A DNA stretch of 59,726 nt from Oligoflexales bacterium (lineage in GTDB: Bacteria; Bdellovibrionota_B; Oligoflexia; Oligoflexales; Bog-1112). The stretch spans positions 1-59,726 of the forward strand of contig JBGCEP010000037.1 of the NCBI GenBank assembly GCA_045106415.1, written 5' to 3'. The position numbers and the translations under genes are program-made. The notes beneath the pieces were generated by a model. That model made no database searches and was not told the DNA's origin. It saw only the letters and a list, made by a program, of their open reading frames with translations. Numbering within the stretch: position 1 is the first letter of the stretch; each line of letters begins with the position of its first letter. Of the stretch, positions 10,311 through 20,768 are shown piece after piece.

Positions 10311-11885
10311 CTATTCATCGCCTTGCTCTTGCAAGTGGTGGTCCGCCGCAATTTGCACGGTTCGTGCAACTGCAAGTGATAAATCTGCCTTTTGTGCTAC
10401 TTCATCCGCAGAATCTGCAATAACATCACCGATAGTTGCGTAGCCAGCATCCGCTAAAGCGAAGGCCGCTGCTTCCCCAACACCCCGGAGTTGTAAGAAC
10501 ATATCTACTCGAGCACGACGAGCAGCCTCTTCTGTGTCTTCTTTTTCTTCGCTTTCTTGAAGCGGTATCGCCACCGCATCTTCTGCACGATATTCATCTG
10601 TGTCAACCACGTCACCCTGAAGATCAGCTGCTTTTTCAGCTGCCGCAGCAATAACTGATTCCGCTTCTTCTTCATCAAGGTTTAGCATACGACCCAAGAA
10701 CCGAGGAGATACTTCAGCTAATTCTGCTGGGCTCTTAATACCCTCATGAACCAAAATACCTGCGTGCATGTCACCAAGACCTTGAATGGATGCCAGAATA
10801 CTCTTCACACCCGCCATTTGCTCTTCAAGACGAGCTTCACTCTTAATATCTAAGCGCCACCCAGTAAGCTGTGCACCAAGGCGCACATTTTGTCCTCTTC
10901 GACCAATAGCCAGAGACAACTGATCTTCAGCAACAATCACTTCCATCGCATGACGATCTTCATCGATCACAACTTTAGAGACAACTGCTGGCGCCAAGGC
11001 ATTGCAGACAAGTTTTGCTGGATCTGGATCCCAAGGAACAATATCTATCTTTTCACCGTTGAGTTCTTGAACAACCGCTTGTACTCGAGCACCCTTCATA
11101 CCAACGCAAGCCCCTACAGGGTCTACAGAAGAATCTCTCGAATAAACTGCTATCTTAGAACGCAAACCAGCATCTCTGGCTGCAGACTCAATAGTGACAA
11201 TGCCATCATAAATTTCAGTAACATGCTGCGAGAACAAGGCCTTCAAAAACCCTGCGTGCGCACGCGACAAAATCACTTGTGGACCACGGCTAGACCTCTT
11301 CACATCCATCACATAAGCTTGGATACGATCTTTTGCTCGGAAACGCTCACTATGCATCTGTTCGCGATGAGGCAAGACTGCTTCAACACGCCCAAGATCA
11401 ACAACAACATCATTACGCTCAAGTCGCACAACCTGGCCAGTCATAACTTCGCCAATACGATCTTTGTACTCTTCGTACACACGAGCTCGTTCTGCATCAC
11501 GTACTTTTTGTACAATAATCTGCTTAGCTGACTGAGTTGCAATACGTCCAAAACGCGAAGTTTCAACTTTGATTCCTAAAGAATCTCCAAGCTCTGCTTC
11601 AGGATCCAATTTCCTCGCTTCTGACATTGAAACTTCATGCTGCTCAAGGGGCACTTTTCCATTTTCAACAACAACACGAAAGCTGAATAATTCTAACTCA
11701 TCACTTTCTTCGTTATATGCAACCTCAAGGTCAGCCTCTAGACCCATATCGCGACGGGCAGCATGCAACAAAGCTTGCTCCAAAGCGTCAATAATAACAG
11801 CTTTATCTAGGTTTCTATCACGACTCACCGCGGAAATGACTCCACTCAATGTCGAAACATCTTCCACACCTTCAACGAAGCTCAT
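10311..11885 (-). CDS. nusA: Transcription termination/antitermination factor NusA
   Basis: FGRIATQSAKQII, S1 domain, DPVGACVGMKG, LAIGRRGQNVRL, two acidic C-terminal HhH repeats. Confidence 0.98.
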   Translation of the reverse strand: MSFVEGVEDVSTLSGVISAVSRDRNLDKAVIIDALEQALLHAARRDMGLEADLEVAYNEESDELELFSFRVVVENGKVPLEQHEVSMSEARKLDPEAELGDSLGIKVETSRFGRIATQSAKQIIVQKVRDAERARVYEEYKDRIGEVMTGQVVRLERNDVVVDLGRVEAVLPHREQMHSERFRAKDRIQAYVMDVKRSSRGPQVILSRAHAGFLKALFSQHVTEIYDGIVTIESAARDAGLRSKIAVYSRDSSVDPVGACVGMKGARVQAVVQELNGEKIDIVPWDPDPAKLVCNALAPAVVSKVVIDEDRHAMEVIVAEDQLSLAIGRRGQNVRLGAQLTGWRLDIKSEARLEEQMAGVKSILASIQGLGDMHAGILVHEGIKSPAELAEVSPRFLGRMLNLDEEEAESVIAAAAEKAADLQGDVVDTDEYRAEDAVAIPLQESEEKEDTEEAARRARVDMFLQLRGVGEAAAFALADAGYATIGDVIADSADEVAQKADLSLAVARTVQIAADHHLQEQGDE

Positions 11886-11888
11886 GAA

Positions 11889-12386
11889 TCACTCCTCAAT
11901 CTCACCAGCATCTGCACGCTGGATTGCATTCCAATCAACAACTACATGGGCCTTAGAAATAGCGTTCAAAGGAAAGACAACTGAACCATCAATACTCAGT
12001 GTCACTGTTGAATCTCCAACCGAAGTCGACAAAACAACCCCTTCTCGCTCAACTAACTTGCCCCCATCCTTAACTATTATCACGACTTTTTCACCAATGG
12101 CGCCTGTGAAATGGTGAATACGACGCAACGGAGCTTCCACTCCCGGCGAACTCACCTCCAAAGTATAGCCAGTCGGCATCAAGCCATCAATGGCATCCCC
12201 AGATGGAGAGGCCATCAATAATTTGCTTCCACGAACACATTCTGGAATTCCACCAGATTCTAGGTAGAGGCGCAATGTTGAAAATGCACCATCCCACTCT
12301 GCTTCACGGCAGCTCAAGTTTTCTTCATGCCAGGATGCTTCCGCAAGCTCCATGACACGATCCAAAATTTCTCGATTCATCATCAT
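11889..12386 (-). CDS. rimP: Ribosome maturation factor RimP
   Basis: YTLEVSSPGV motif, first gene before nusA; start placed at the ATG run 12378-12386. Confidence 0.88.
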   Translation of the reverse strand: MMMNREILDRVMELAEASWHEENLSCREAEWDGAFSTLRLYLESGGIPECVRGSKLLMASPSGDAIDGLMPTGYTLEVSSPGVEAPLRRIHHFTGAIGEKVVIIVKDGGKLVEREGVVLSTSVGDSTVTLSIDGSVVFPLNAISKAHVVVDWNAIQRADAGEIEE

Positions 12387-12436
12387 CTCAGTGTGAAGGC
12401 AGAAAAAGGAGCATCTTCTCGCTCTAACGTCATAAA

Positions 12437-12463
12437 CAAACGAAAAGTCCGCTAAGACTCCAC
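12437..12463 (-). promoter_or_regulatory. rimP leader-like hairpin
   Basis: Minus strand GGAGTC-TTAGCG-GACTTT followed by a U-rich run, downstream of a TTGACA at 12488-12493; resembles the short hairpin common in rimP leaders. Confidence 0.35.
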
Positions 12464-12530
12464 CTATTAACACAGAAGGCTTGGATCTGTCAATTTGATT
12501 ACCGGAGGAAGCAAGCTTGCAGGCAAGAGA

Positions 12531-12950
12531 CTATAGAGACTGTGGGGCCACCCTCGTCAAAGCGATTGCTTTCAGAATGCGAACACCCCCTTGCCCCATT
12601 TCAACTTTCCCAAAAACACGAACTTGCCCGGCATCTTCGCTTAACAAATCCCAGCCGTATTTCAATTCAGTAAACACTGTCAACATACGGCCTGAATCAT
12701 CTTCCAGCACCCCATACGTCTTAAACTTATCTCTAGTAAGCAAGTGACCAGATAAAATAACCCTATCTCCATCAGCTTTCTCGTCATTTAGGTGAAGTTC
12801 TTTAAGGCTCGAAGGGGTTTCTACATCAAGAATAGAATCTCCAAACGCCAAAAAACTGATCACATCAAAATCTTCTAGAGTTTGCGTCCAATCTTGACAA
12901 CCACAAACAAGCACAGCCACAGCAACAAGAGAGCAAAACTTCTTGATCAT
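12531..12950 (-). CDS. Hypothetical lipoprotein, possible OB-fold
   Basis: MIKKFCSLVAVAVLVCGC lipobox, GGAG SD; beta-rich RVILSG...LEDDSG...VRVFGKV pattern. Confidence 0.65.
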   Translation of the reverse strand: MIKKFCSLVAVAVLVCGCQDWTQTLEDFDVISFLAFGDSILDVETPSSLKELHLNDEKADGDRVILSGHLLTRDKFKTYGVLEDDSGRMLTVFTELKYGWDLLSEDAGQVRVFGKVEMGQGGVRILKAIALTRVAPQSL

Positions 12951-13044
12951 GACATTCTCCAATCAACAACAAACAAAAGCACAACTTCTTCTATTATAAC
13001 CGTTATACACAGGAAGCAAACAGTCTCACCCTTAGAAAACAACA

Positions 13045-13090
13045 TCAAAAACAAAAGACCCAAGACACTAAATTGTATCTTGGGTCTTTT
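13045..13090 (-). terminator. Intrinsic terminator of the ribosomal protein cluster
   Basis: AAAAGACCCAAGA...TCTTGGGTCTTTT inverted repeat plus U run, 20 bp after the rplQ stop. Confidence 0.8.
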
Positions 13091-13109
13091 AAAAAGAAGA
13101 AGAAAAGAC

Positions 13110-13556
13110 TTACGCCTCTTGCGCTTCTTCCTCAGCTGCTTCACTTTTTGCAGTCAAGAGAGCAATTCGAGCTTCCCTTTTAACAACACCTTCTTTTTCA
13201 TGAAAGTCGATAAGCTCAAGAGAGCAAATTTCAGCAGCATCGCCTTGGCGAGGGCCGAATTTTACAATTCGAGTATATCCACCAGCACGAGAAGAAAAAC
13301 GCTCAGCAAGATCACTGAAGACTTTCCGTGTTGCATCATGACCGAAAAGATAAGACGCTGCTTGACGACGAGCATGCAAATCACCGCGGCGACCAAGAGT
13401 AATCATCTTCTCAGCGATAGGCCGAACAGCTTTAGCTCTAGCAAGAGTTGTTTGAATACGACCTTCAACCAGAAGGTCTGTAGCCAAATTTCTCAACATC
13501 GCACGACGATGAGCTGATTCCCTACCTAATTTTTTGTAACCTTTTAAATGTCTCAT
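13110..13556 (-). CDS. rplQ: 50S ribosomal protein L17
   Basis: [20 protein letters not shown]. Confidence 0.98.
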   Translation of the reverse strand: MRHLKGYKKLGRESAHRRAMLRNLATDLLVEGRIQTTLARAKAVRPIAEKMITLGRRGDLHARRQAASYLFGHDATRKVFSDLAERFSSRAGGYTRIVKFGPRQGDAAEICSLELIDFHEKEGVVKREARIALLTAKSEAAEEEAQEA

Positions 13557-13571
13557 TACCTACCTCTGATT

Positions 13572-14588
13572 CTACAAGTCTTCTTTAGACTCGCTGGCTC
13601 GAAGGGTTGTCGGATCAAAACCTTCAATCTTCATACCCAACGACAGCCCCATTTCTACCAACAAGTCTTTGATCTCATTCAGTGACTTGCGACCAAAATT
13701 CTTTGTTTTAAGCATTTCGTTTTCGCTCTTTGTAACGAGCTCACCGATATATTTAATATTTGCGTTTTCCAAACAGTTTGCCGCTCGAACACTAAGCTCT
13801 AAAGCATCTACAGTCTTAAATAGATGGTCATTCAAAGGCTCACTATCTTCAGAGGTTTCATCAACAGCTGAGACCTCTCCACCATAGTCCGCTTCATCAA
13901 AGTTGATAAATGGACCTAGTTGGTCACGAAGAATCTGAGCAGCATAAGCAACCGCATCATCTGGACGAACAGCACCACTGCCCCAAAGCTCAAGCGTCAA
14001 TTTGTCATAATCAGTATCTTGCCCAACACGAGCATTTGATACGTTATATGCAACTCGGCGAACCGGAGCAAAGATAGAGTCAATTGCGATGAAACCAATC
14101 GGAAGCTCTCTTTCACGATTGCGTTCCGCATCTTGATATCCACGGCCTCTACGAACGATCATCTCCAAACGAAGATCACCTTCCTCATTTAATGAGCAAA
14201 GTTCTTGTTCTTGATTCAAGATTTCAACATCACCGTTCGTCTCGATATCACCAGCAGTAACAACGCATGGACCTTTTTTGTTCACACGAATAATAGTGTC
14301 ACCTTCACCGAAGTAACGAATACTTACCTGCTTGATGTTAAGCATAACATCGGTAATATCTTCACGAACACCAGTTAAAGTACTGAACTCATGGTCAACG
14401 CCTTCAATTCGAACTGCAACAACAGCCGAACCGTTAACACTAGATAGAAGAACTCGCCTCAAAGAGTTACCGATAGTAACTCCATAACCTTTTTCCAAAG
14501 GCTTTGCGACAAACTTCCCGTAGGTATCTGTGAGCTCAACTGCCTCGAGTTTTTCAGGCTTAATCAATTGCTTCCAATTGCGATGCAT
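13572..14588 (-). CDS. rpoA: RNA polymerase alpha subunit
   Basis: [37 protein letters not shown]; start at ATG 14588 after GAGGAG. Confidence 0.99.
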   Translation of the reverse strand: MHRNWKQLIKPEKLEAVELTDTYGKFVAKPLEKGYGVTIGNSLRRVLLSSVNGSAVVAVRIEGVDHEFSTLTGVREDITDVMLNIKQVSIRYFGEGDTIIRVNKKGPCVVTAGDIETNGDVEILNQEQELCSLNEEGDLRLEMIVRRGRGYQDAERNRERELPIGFIAIDSIFAPVRRVAYNVSNARVGQDTDYDKLTLELWGSGAVRPDDAVAYAAQILRDQLGPFINFDEADYGGEVSAVDETSEDSEPLNDHLFKTVDALELSVRAANCLENANIKYIGELVTKSENEMLKTKNFGRKSLNEIKDLLVEMGLSLGMKIEGFDPTTLRASESKEDL

Positions 14589-14683
14589 ATTAAACAACTC
14601 CTCATGACGCCCGACCCGGTCGGTCAAGTCCAAACACATTATTGACGCACTGCACGCAAAGCGCAATTGCGTCTAAAATCAGA

Positions 14684-15070
14684 TTACACACGTCGCTTTT
14701 TGCGAGGTCGGCAACCATTGTGTGGAATAGGAGTGACATCTTTAATAAGAGCAATCTTCATTCCACTATTACCTACAGCACGAATCGCGCTCTCACGTCC
14801 TGCTCCCGGTCCTTTTACAAGAACAGAAACAGTCTTCATACCTGCGTCCATAGCTTTACGCGCACAATCTTCAGCAGCAATTTGCGCAGCATAAGGAGTG
14901 CTTTTACGAGACCCCTTAAAACCTTTCCCGCCAGCTGTTGCCCAAGACACAACATCACCATTAACATCAGTAATCGTGATAATTGTGTTATTAAACGTAG
15001 ACTGAATATGCGCAACCCCGATTGGGACATTACGTTTGGTCTTCTTCTTTTTTGCAGTTATCTTTGCCAT
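14684..15070 (-). CDS. rpsK: 30S ribosomal protein S11
   Basis: [28 protein letters not shown]. Confidence 0.99.
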   Translation of the reverse strand: MAKITAKKKKTKRNVPIGVAHIQSTFNNTIITITDVNGDVVSWATAGGKGFKGSRKSTPYAAQIAAEDCARKAMDAGMKTVSVLVKGPGAGRESAIRAVGNSGMKIALIKDVTPIPHNGCRPRKKRRV

Positions 15071-15094
15071 CTCTCATCCTCGCCTTATCGGAGA

Positions 15095-15463
15095 CTACTT
15101 CTTCTTATTCGCCACAGTTTTTCTTGGACCTTTTCGCGTTCTCGCATTTGTCTTCGTACGCTGCCCTCTTACAGGAAGACCTTTACGATGACGAAGACCA
15201 CGATAGTTCCCCAAGTCAACAAGACGCTTGATATTCAAAGAAACTTCACGACGAAGGTCACCCTCAACCGTATAGTTCTTATCAATCACAGTCCTTAACT
15301 CACCGATAGAAGCTGAATCAAGATCCCCAGCTTTTGCAAGTGGGTCAATACCCGCTTCACCAACAATCTTTGTCGCGAGCTGACGGCCAATGCCGAAAAC
15401 ACGTGTCAAAGCAATATCAATTCTCTTCCCCGCAGGAAGATCTACACCAGCAATACGTGCCAT
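15095..15463 (-). CDS. rpsM: 30S ribosomal protein S13
   Basis: [28 protein letters not shown]. Confidence 0.99.
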   Translation of the reverse strand: MARIAGVDLPAGKRIDIALTRVFGIGRQLATKIVGEAGIDPLAKAGDLDSASIGELRTVIDKNYTVEGDLRREVSLNIKRLVDLGNYRGLRHRKGLPVRGQRTKTNARTRKGPRKTVANKKK

Positions 15464-15475
15464 GGTCTATTTCTC

Positions 15476-15589
15476 CTAACCTTGACGCTGTTTGTGTTTA
15501 GCTGTTTCACAAATGATTCGAACTACGCCTTTTCGTCGAATCACCTTACACTTGCTGCAAATAGGCTTTACGCTTGCCCTAACTTTCAT
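15476..15589 (-). CDS. rpmJ: 50S ribosomal protein L36, zinc-ribbon form (absent from ORF track)
   Basis: Manual translation [37 protein letters not shown]. Confidence 0.98.
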   Translation of the reverse strand: MKVRASVKPICSKCKVIRRKGVVRIICETAKHKQRQG

Positions 15590-15620
15590 GCCTACACCCT
15601 ACCGTTGCGCCTTAAAAGGC

Positions 15621-15842
15621 TTACTTCTTCGAACGATATACAATTCGCCCACGACTCAAGTCGTATGGCGAGATTTCCAATTTCACTTTGTCACCGGGCA
15701 AAATACGAATAAAGTGCATTCTCATTTTGCCACTGATATGAGCCAGAACACTATGACCGTTCTCTAGCTCAACCTTAAACATAGCGTTTGGCAAGGGTTC
15801 TAAAACAGTTCCCTCAACCTCAATCACTTCCTCTTTTGCCAT
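15621..15842 (-). CDS. infA: Translation initiation factor IF-1
   Basis: [29 protein letters not shown]. Confidence 0.99.
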   Translation of the reverse strand: MAKEEVIEVEGTVLEPLPNAMFKVELENGHSVLAHISGKMRMHFIRILPGDKVKLEISPYDLSRGRIVYRSKK

Positions 15843-15923
15843 CAGTCACACCTTCGACTTTAAATATATTACCGGATCGACCGGGCCCGGGGACCCTAAC
15901 GCATCCGGATAGAATAAGCAAGT

Positions 15924-16586
15924 TTATTCTTGAGATACCAAAGCCTCAAGCTTTAAATCAACAGCAGAATGAAGTTTTTCAAAAACCCCTAAAGCTGACC
16001 CCACTCCATCAACCGCTGTGTAACATCCTAATTTCTTAAAGTAGTCCACAACAGGCTGTGTATGCTTCTGATAAACTCTCAAGCGATTTTCAACCTTCTC
16101 AGGTTTATCATCAGCCCTTGTATATAGCTCACCATCACAATGATCACAACTCTCAACCCTCTTAGGAGGCAAGTCATGTATGTGAAAACTCGCTGCACAC
16201 TTCCGACAAACCAGCCGACCTGACAATCTTTCAATAAGAACATCAGGATCAACCTCGAGGTGAAAAACACCAAGCAACTTACTGGACTCACAAACTTTCT
16301 CAAGAAGTTGCGCTTGCGGCAGACTTCGAGGAAACCCATCCAACAACATGGTCTCTTTCGAGAAACGCTCAGCAGCAGCAGATATCATTTCAGCCAAAAT
16401 AGCGTCTGAAACCAACTCTCCTTTATTGATAATAGCTGCAAGCTCTTCTCCTTTAGGGCCACCTTGCTGGATCTGCTCCCTCAAAAGATCTCCAGTAGAA
16501 ACCTTTTTCCAGCCGTAACGCTCAACAAGCATATCTCCCTGAGTCCCTTTACCGGCACCAGGAGCGCCCATCAACACAGCGATCAA
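15924..16586 (-). CDS. adk: Adenylate kinase with zinc-lid
   Basis: GAPGAGKGTQ, LDGFPR, CRKC...CDHC lid. Confidence 0.98.
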   Translation of the reverse strand: MIAVLMGAPGAGKGTQGDMLVERYGWKKVSTGDLLREQIQQGGPKGEELAAIINKGELVSDAILAEMISAAAERFSKETMLLDGFPRSLPQAQLLEKVCESSKLLGVFHLEVDPDVLIERLSGRLVCRKCAASFHIHDLPPKRVESCDHCDGELYTRADDKPEKVENRLRVYQKHTQPVVDYFKKLGCYTAVDGVGSALGVFEKLHSAVDLKLEALVSQE

Positions 16587-17905
16587 GAGCCTCTCCTTGG
16601 ACGTACAGCAGCACCCTTTTTCAAGAATGCGTCATAACGTAAAGACTGACGATGAGCATCAATTTGCCGAAAAGTCTCCAACGCAACCCCAACAACGATC
16701 AGCAAGCTACTCCCGCCGAAATAGAAAGGAACATTGAACTTACCACTCAAAAGCGTTGGCAAGACACACACACTCGCTAAATAAATTGAACCAACTAAAG
16801 TTAGCCTAGATATCACTTTATCCAAATATTCAGCAGTACGAGCGCCAGGCCTTACTCCAGGTATGTAACCACCATGCTTTTTAAGATTCTCAGCAACATC
16901 ATCCGCACGAAACGTAATTGAGGTGTAGAAAAAAGCAAAAAAGACGATAAGGGTTACAAAAACAACATTATACAACCATCCACCCGGAAACATAAGTTGC
17001 TGTAAAATGTCGCTAAAAGCACTGCCAGAAGCAACCGCAGCCAAAGACAACGGAGCTTGCAAAACAGAGCTTGCAAAAATCGCAGGAATGACACCAGCCG
17101 AATTCACACGAATAGGCAAATACGAAGATTGCCCTCCGAACACCTTACGGCCAACCTGGCGTTTTGCGTATTGAACTTTAATCTGACGAGCACCCTGCTC
17201 TACAAAAACCACACCAGCCATAACCGCAACACAGATTACTGTCAGCAGCAGTATTCTGAAAAGGTCCAACTGTTGGCTGTTGTATTGCGAATAGGTATTC
17301 GTCACAATCCCTGGAAGCCCAGCAACAATACCAGCAAAGATAATGAGAGAAATGCCATTTCCCACACCTTTTTCAGTGATTTGTTCACCAAGCCACATAA
17401 CATATGCGGTTCCAGCAACCAAAGACAAGACTGTCATCATCCGCCAAGTCAAACCACCATTAAGAACCAAATCTCCACCGGAGAAATCAGCCCCTTCAAG
17501 GGTTCGAGCCAACATAACGCCTTGAACAAACGCAAGAGCAATCGTCCCGTAACGAGTGTACTGACTGATCTTGCGGCGGCCACTAGGACCTTCCTTCTGA
17601 AGCATCTCGAGATGAGGCACAAGAACCGTCAGCAGCTGAGAAATGATGCTTGCCGAAATATACGGCATCACACCAAGAGCAAAGATACTGAAGCGCTCCA
17701 TTGCGCCACCTGTAAACATGTTAAACATGCCAAAAAGGTTTGCGCCTTGCGACTGGAAGAATCGCCCCAAAGCTACTGTGTCAACCCCTGGAATCGGTAC
17801 GTGTACACCGACACGGTAGATCGCCAGGAACATAAGTGTATACAAGATCTTTTGAGTCAAATGATTGATCTTGCTTTCTGGAAGCGTCTGTATTGAACTT
17901 GCCAT
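16583..17905 (-). CDS. secY: Preprotein translocase subunit SecY
   Basis: SIFALGVMPYISASII, WLGEQITEKGVGNGISL, IPGVRPG. Confidence 0.99.
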   Translation of the reverse strand: MASSIQTLPESKINHLTQKILYTLMFLAIYRVGVHVPIPGVDTVALGRFFQSQGANLFGMFNMFTGGAMERFSIFALGVMPYISASIISQLLTVLVPHLEMLQKEGPSGRRKISQYTRYGTIALAFVQGVMLARTLEGADFSGGDLVLNGGLTWRMMTVLSLVAGTAYVMWLGEQITEKGVGNGISLIIFAGIVAGLPGIVTNTYSQYNSQQLDLFRILLLTVICVAVMAGVVFVEQGARQIKVQYAKRQVGRKVFGGQSSYLPIRVNSAGVIPAIFASSVLQAPLSLAAVASGSAFSDILQQLMFPGGWLYNVVFVTLIVFFAFFYTSITFRADDVAENLKKHGGYIPGVRPGARTAEYLDKVISRLTLVGSIYLASVCVLPTLLSGKFNVPFYFGGSSLLIVVGVALETFRQIDAHRQSLRYDAFLKKGAAVRPRRGS

Positions 17906-17953
17906 GCGCAAAGCCCCCCGTCACAGGATTTATCTCAGCTTCAAAACAACAAC

Positions 17954-18418
17954 TTACCCTTTAGGAGCGTTCAACTCAACTGTTCCACCAGCGTTCTGAA
18001 CCGCTTCTAGAGCACTACGACTGATACGATCAATCTTCAGTTGAAGTTTCCTATCTATCTTGCCCATGCCCAATATCTTGACTGGAATCCGAGGGTTACG
18101 CAAGAGGCCAGCCGCTTGCAATTCACTTTTACCCACAGTTTGTCCGTCTGTAAACTTGCTTAAATCCTGCAAGTTAATGATATTAAACAGAACTTTTTTA
18201 CCTTGAACAGAAAAACCACGCTTTGGCAAACGGCGATATAAAGGTGTTTGACCACCTTCAAAACCAGCTCTAGGACCACTGCCCTTACGAGCCTTTTGCC
18301 CTTTGTGCCCTTTACCAGCTGTCTTTCCTTGTCCACTACCTGGACCACGGCCTAGTCGCTTTGTAGACCGATGGGAACCCGGAGCAGGCTTTAAATTCCC
18401 AAGATGTTTCATTTCCAT
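17954..18418 (-). CDS. rplO: 50S ribosomal protein L15
   Basis: GRGPGSGQGKTAGKGHKGQKAR, FEGGQTPL. Confidence 0.98.
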   Translation of the reverse strand: MEMKHLGNLKPAPGSHRSTKRLGRGPGSGQGKTAGKGHKGQKARKGSGPRAGFEGGQTPLYRRLPKRGFSVQGKKVLFNIINLQDLSKFTDGQTVGKSELQAAGLLRNPRIPVKILGMGKIDRKLQLKIDRISRSALEAVQNAGGTVELNAPKG

Positions 18419-18426
18419 TGCCAACC

Positions 18427-18612
18427 TCACTTCCCTAAGAGCTCATATTCGACCAAGTGGGAAACTTTGTTCACCATCCCACGGGTGCAATTGTTATCAG
18501 TGACAACGTTGGTCGAACCTGTCTTACGTAGACCTAAACCCCGGACTACAAGACGCTGAGATTTTGGTTGTCCAATTGTACTTCTTTTCAACTTAACGCG
18601 GATCTGACTCAT
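18427..18612 (-). CDS. rpmD: 50S ribosomal protein L30
   Basis: RSTIG, LGLRK, GMVNKVSHLV; synteny. Confidence 0.96.
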   Translation of the reverse strand: MSQIRVKLKRSTIGQPKSQRLVVRGLGLRKTGSTNVVTDNNCTRGMVNKVSHLVEYELLGK

Positions 18613-19148
18613 GAGTCACCCCCAGTCGAACCCGCGTTTTCAGCATGACGATGCTGCTGAAGGCTTTCTGTATCCATGTGACGATGAGCAGCATAGTCGC
18701 TCACTAGCATCAATTGCTTCAAGCCATCCATAGTTGCACGTACAACGTTGTTGTGATTACGAGATCCGAAAACCTTACACACAACATCCTGAAGACCAGC
18801 AAGTTCAGCTATTTTGCGAACAGGGCCACCAGCGATAACGCCTTTACCCTTTTTTGCTGGATACATACGAACTTTTGCTGCACCTGAACGCCCCACAACC
18901 TCAAAAGGAAGTGTTCCGTTTACCATTGGCACATCAACCAAAGACTTCTTCGCTTGCTCTGAAGCTTTGCGAATTGCGTCTGGAACCTCGTTGGCTTTAC
19001 CAACACCAAATCCCACTTTTGATTTCCCATCACCAACAGCAACCAGTGCACTAAAACTGAAGCGGCGGCCACCTTTGACAACTTTTGCAACTCGACGGAT
19101 ATCAATCACGCCATCTTGCAAGCCATCATTGTTTTCTTTTTCTTTCAT
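18609..19148 (-). CDS. rpsE: 30S ribosomal protein S5
   Basis: RVAKVVKGGRRFSF, GVIAGGPVR. Confidence 0.98.
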   Translation of the reverse strand: MKEKENNDGLQDGVIDIRRVAKVVKGGRRFSFSALVAVGDGKSKVGFGVGKANEVPDAIRKASEQAKKSLVDVPMVNGTLPFEVVGRSGAAKVRMYPAKKGKGVIAGGPVRKIAELAGLQDVVCKVFGSRNHNNVVRATMDGLKQLMLVSDYAAHRHMDTESLQQHRHAENAGSTGGDS

Positions 19149-19172
19149 TGCGTCCTTCCTGAGTCCACTCTC

Positions 19173-19529
19173 TTAAAACTGGAGCCCGCCCTCGCGCGCA
19201 CCTTCAGCCACCGCTTTGACACGACCATGATAAATGTTGCCGTTTCGGTCAAAAACGACTCGGCGAATATCTTTTTGTAAGCACCGCTCCGCAAGAGCTT
19301 TACCGATTTCATGAGCAACCACAGCCGAACCACGACGGTGATTACCTTTTTCAGCACTGCTCGCTGAAACAAGAGTCATGCCCTTAGTGTCATCAATGAC
19401 CTGGACAGATACGTGTTTCAATGAACGCGTTACAGAGATTCGAGGACATTCCGCTGTTCCTGAAATCTTTTTTCGAATCCGTAACTTGCGACGGGCTTTC
19501 AAAACTTTAGATTGATTTGCTGCCTTCAT
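19173..19529 (-). CDS. rplR: 50S ribosomal protein L18
   Basis: VVFDRNGNIYHGRVKAVAEGAREGGL. Confidence 0.98.
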   Translation of the reverse strand: MKAANQSKVLKARRKLRIRKKISGTAECPRISVTRSLKHVSVQVIDDTKGMTLVSASSAEKGNHRRGSAVVAHEIGKALAERCLQKDIRRVVFDRNGNIYHGRVKAVAEGAREGGLQF

Positions 19530-19560
19530 ATTTCTACCCTTAGAACACTAATGTGTGAAC

Positions 19561-20103
19561 TTACTTCTTACCAGACTTACCAGCTTTTGTGATAATAACT
19601 TCATCCGAATAACGCACACCTTTTCCATGATATGGCTCAGGCTTACGGAATCCTCGAATATCAGCTGCCGCTTGTCCAACCTTCTCTTTGTCAAAGCCTG
19701 AAACAACAACAGTCGTCTGCTTCTCAACTTTAATCTCAAGACCTTCAGGGACTTCGTAAACAACAGGATGACTATAACCAAGAGTCAACTGAAGATTACG
19801 GCCTTGAATAGCTGCACGATAACCAACACCAATAAGTGTTAAAGATTTTGAAAAACCCTGAGAAACACCTAAAACCATGTTATTTACCAAGCTTCTCGAC
19901 AAACCATGAAAATTTGGTTGCGAGCGCCCTTGAGTATTCTTTAGAGAAACACGCAGCTCATTTCCTTCTTGCTGAACAGAAGTCGCTGAGTGCAACTCAC
20001 GAACCAACTGACCTTTCGGTCCTTTGATTGTGATTTTTTGGCCGTCAATTTTAGCCTCAACACCGCTTGGCATTGGGATTGCTTGCTTACCAATTCGAGA
20101 CAT
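19561..20103 (-). CDS. rplF: 50S ribosomal protein L6
   Basis: MSRIGK, GVGYRA, PEPYHGKGVRY. Confidence 0.98.
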   Translation of the reverse strand: MSRIGKQAIPMPSGVEAKIDGQKITIKGPKGQLVRELHSATSVQQEGNELRVSLKNTQGRSQPNFHGLSRSLVNNMVLGVSQGFSKSLTLIGVGYRAAIQGRNLQLTLGYSHPVVYEVPEGLEIKVEKQTTVVVSGFDKEKVGQAAADIRGFRKPEPYHGKGVRYSDEVIITKAGKSGKK

Positions 20104-20138
20104 TTCTTACTCCATTTCCGAGCTTATACAAAGTGTTT

Positions 20139-20543
20139 CTAGAACACTTTGCACAACAGCTCTCCCCCAATACCAAGTTTACGAGCTTGACGGCAAGTTT
20201 TGATTCCGTGTGAAGTTGAAAGCAAAGCCATACCAAAGCCATTCTTCACATAAGGGATCTCATCCGCACCAACATAGCATCGTAGGCCTGGACGGCTGAC
20301 TCGTTGGATAGTTTGAATAACACCTGTTTGAGCGTTATCATCACGATACTTCAAAGCAATTCGAATAAGTCCTTGCTTGTCGTCACGGACACACTTGTAT
20401 GCCTTAACAAACCCTTCTTCACGAAGAAGGTGAGCAATCGCGATTTTCATCTTTGATGCTGGAACTGAAACAACTTCATGACGCGCGTGTTGTGCGTTAC
20501 GAATTCTTGTCAGTAGATCCGCAATTGGATCGGTCGTAGTCAT
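20139..20543 (-). CDS. rpsH: 30S ribosomal protein S8
   Basis: DPIADLLTRIRNA, SRPGLR, GGELLC. Confidence 0.98.
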   Translation of the reverse strand: MTTTDPIADLLTRIRNAQHARHEVVSVPASKMKIAIAHLLREEGFVKAYKCVRDDKQGLIRIALKYRDDNAQTGVIQTIQRVSRPGLRCYVGADEIPYVKNGFGMALLSTSHGIKTCRQARKLGIGGELLCKVF

Positions 20544-20570
20544 AATTTCCTCTTTCTTTTCGTCAACCGA

Positions 20571-20756
20571 TCACCAGGATGCTTTGAGGACGCCAGGCAA
20601 ATAGCCACGGAGCGCCATCGTCCTGAAGCAGATACGGCAGATTCCAAACTTACGATAAACAGCCTTCGGTCGGCCACAGTTATTGCATCGGGTGTATGCG
20701 CGAGACGAAAACTTAGGCTTTGACTTAGCTTTCTCAATGAGCGCTTTCTTGGCCAT
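20571..20756 (-). CDS. rpsN: 30S ribosomal protein S14, 61-aa zinc-binding (type Z) form
   Basis: RCNNCGRP...CRICFR; 61 aa. Confidence 0.97.
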   Translation of the reverse strand: MAKKALIEKAKSKPKFSSRAYTRCNNCGRPKAVYRKFGICRICFRTMALRGYLPGVLKASW

Positions 20757-20768
20757 GATAACTCCTCA

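Noticed and set aside
14589..14666. N-terminal extensions in the ORF track for rpoA (likewise rpsJ, rimP, trpS, ihfA)
   Set aside because: Downstream starts match conserved N-termini and mostly have better SD sites
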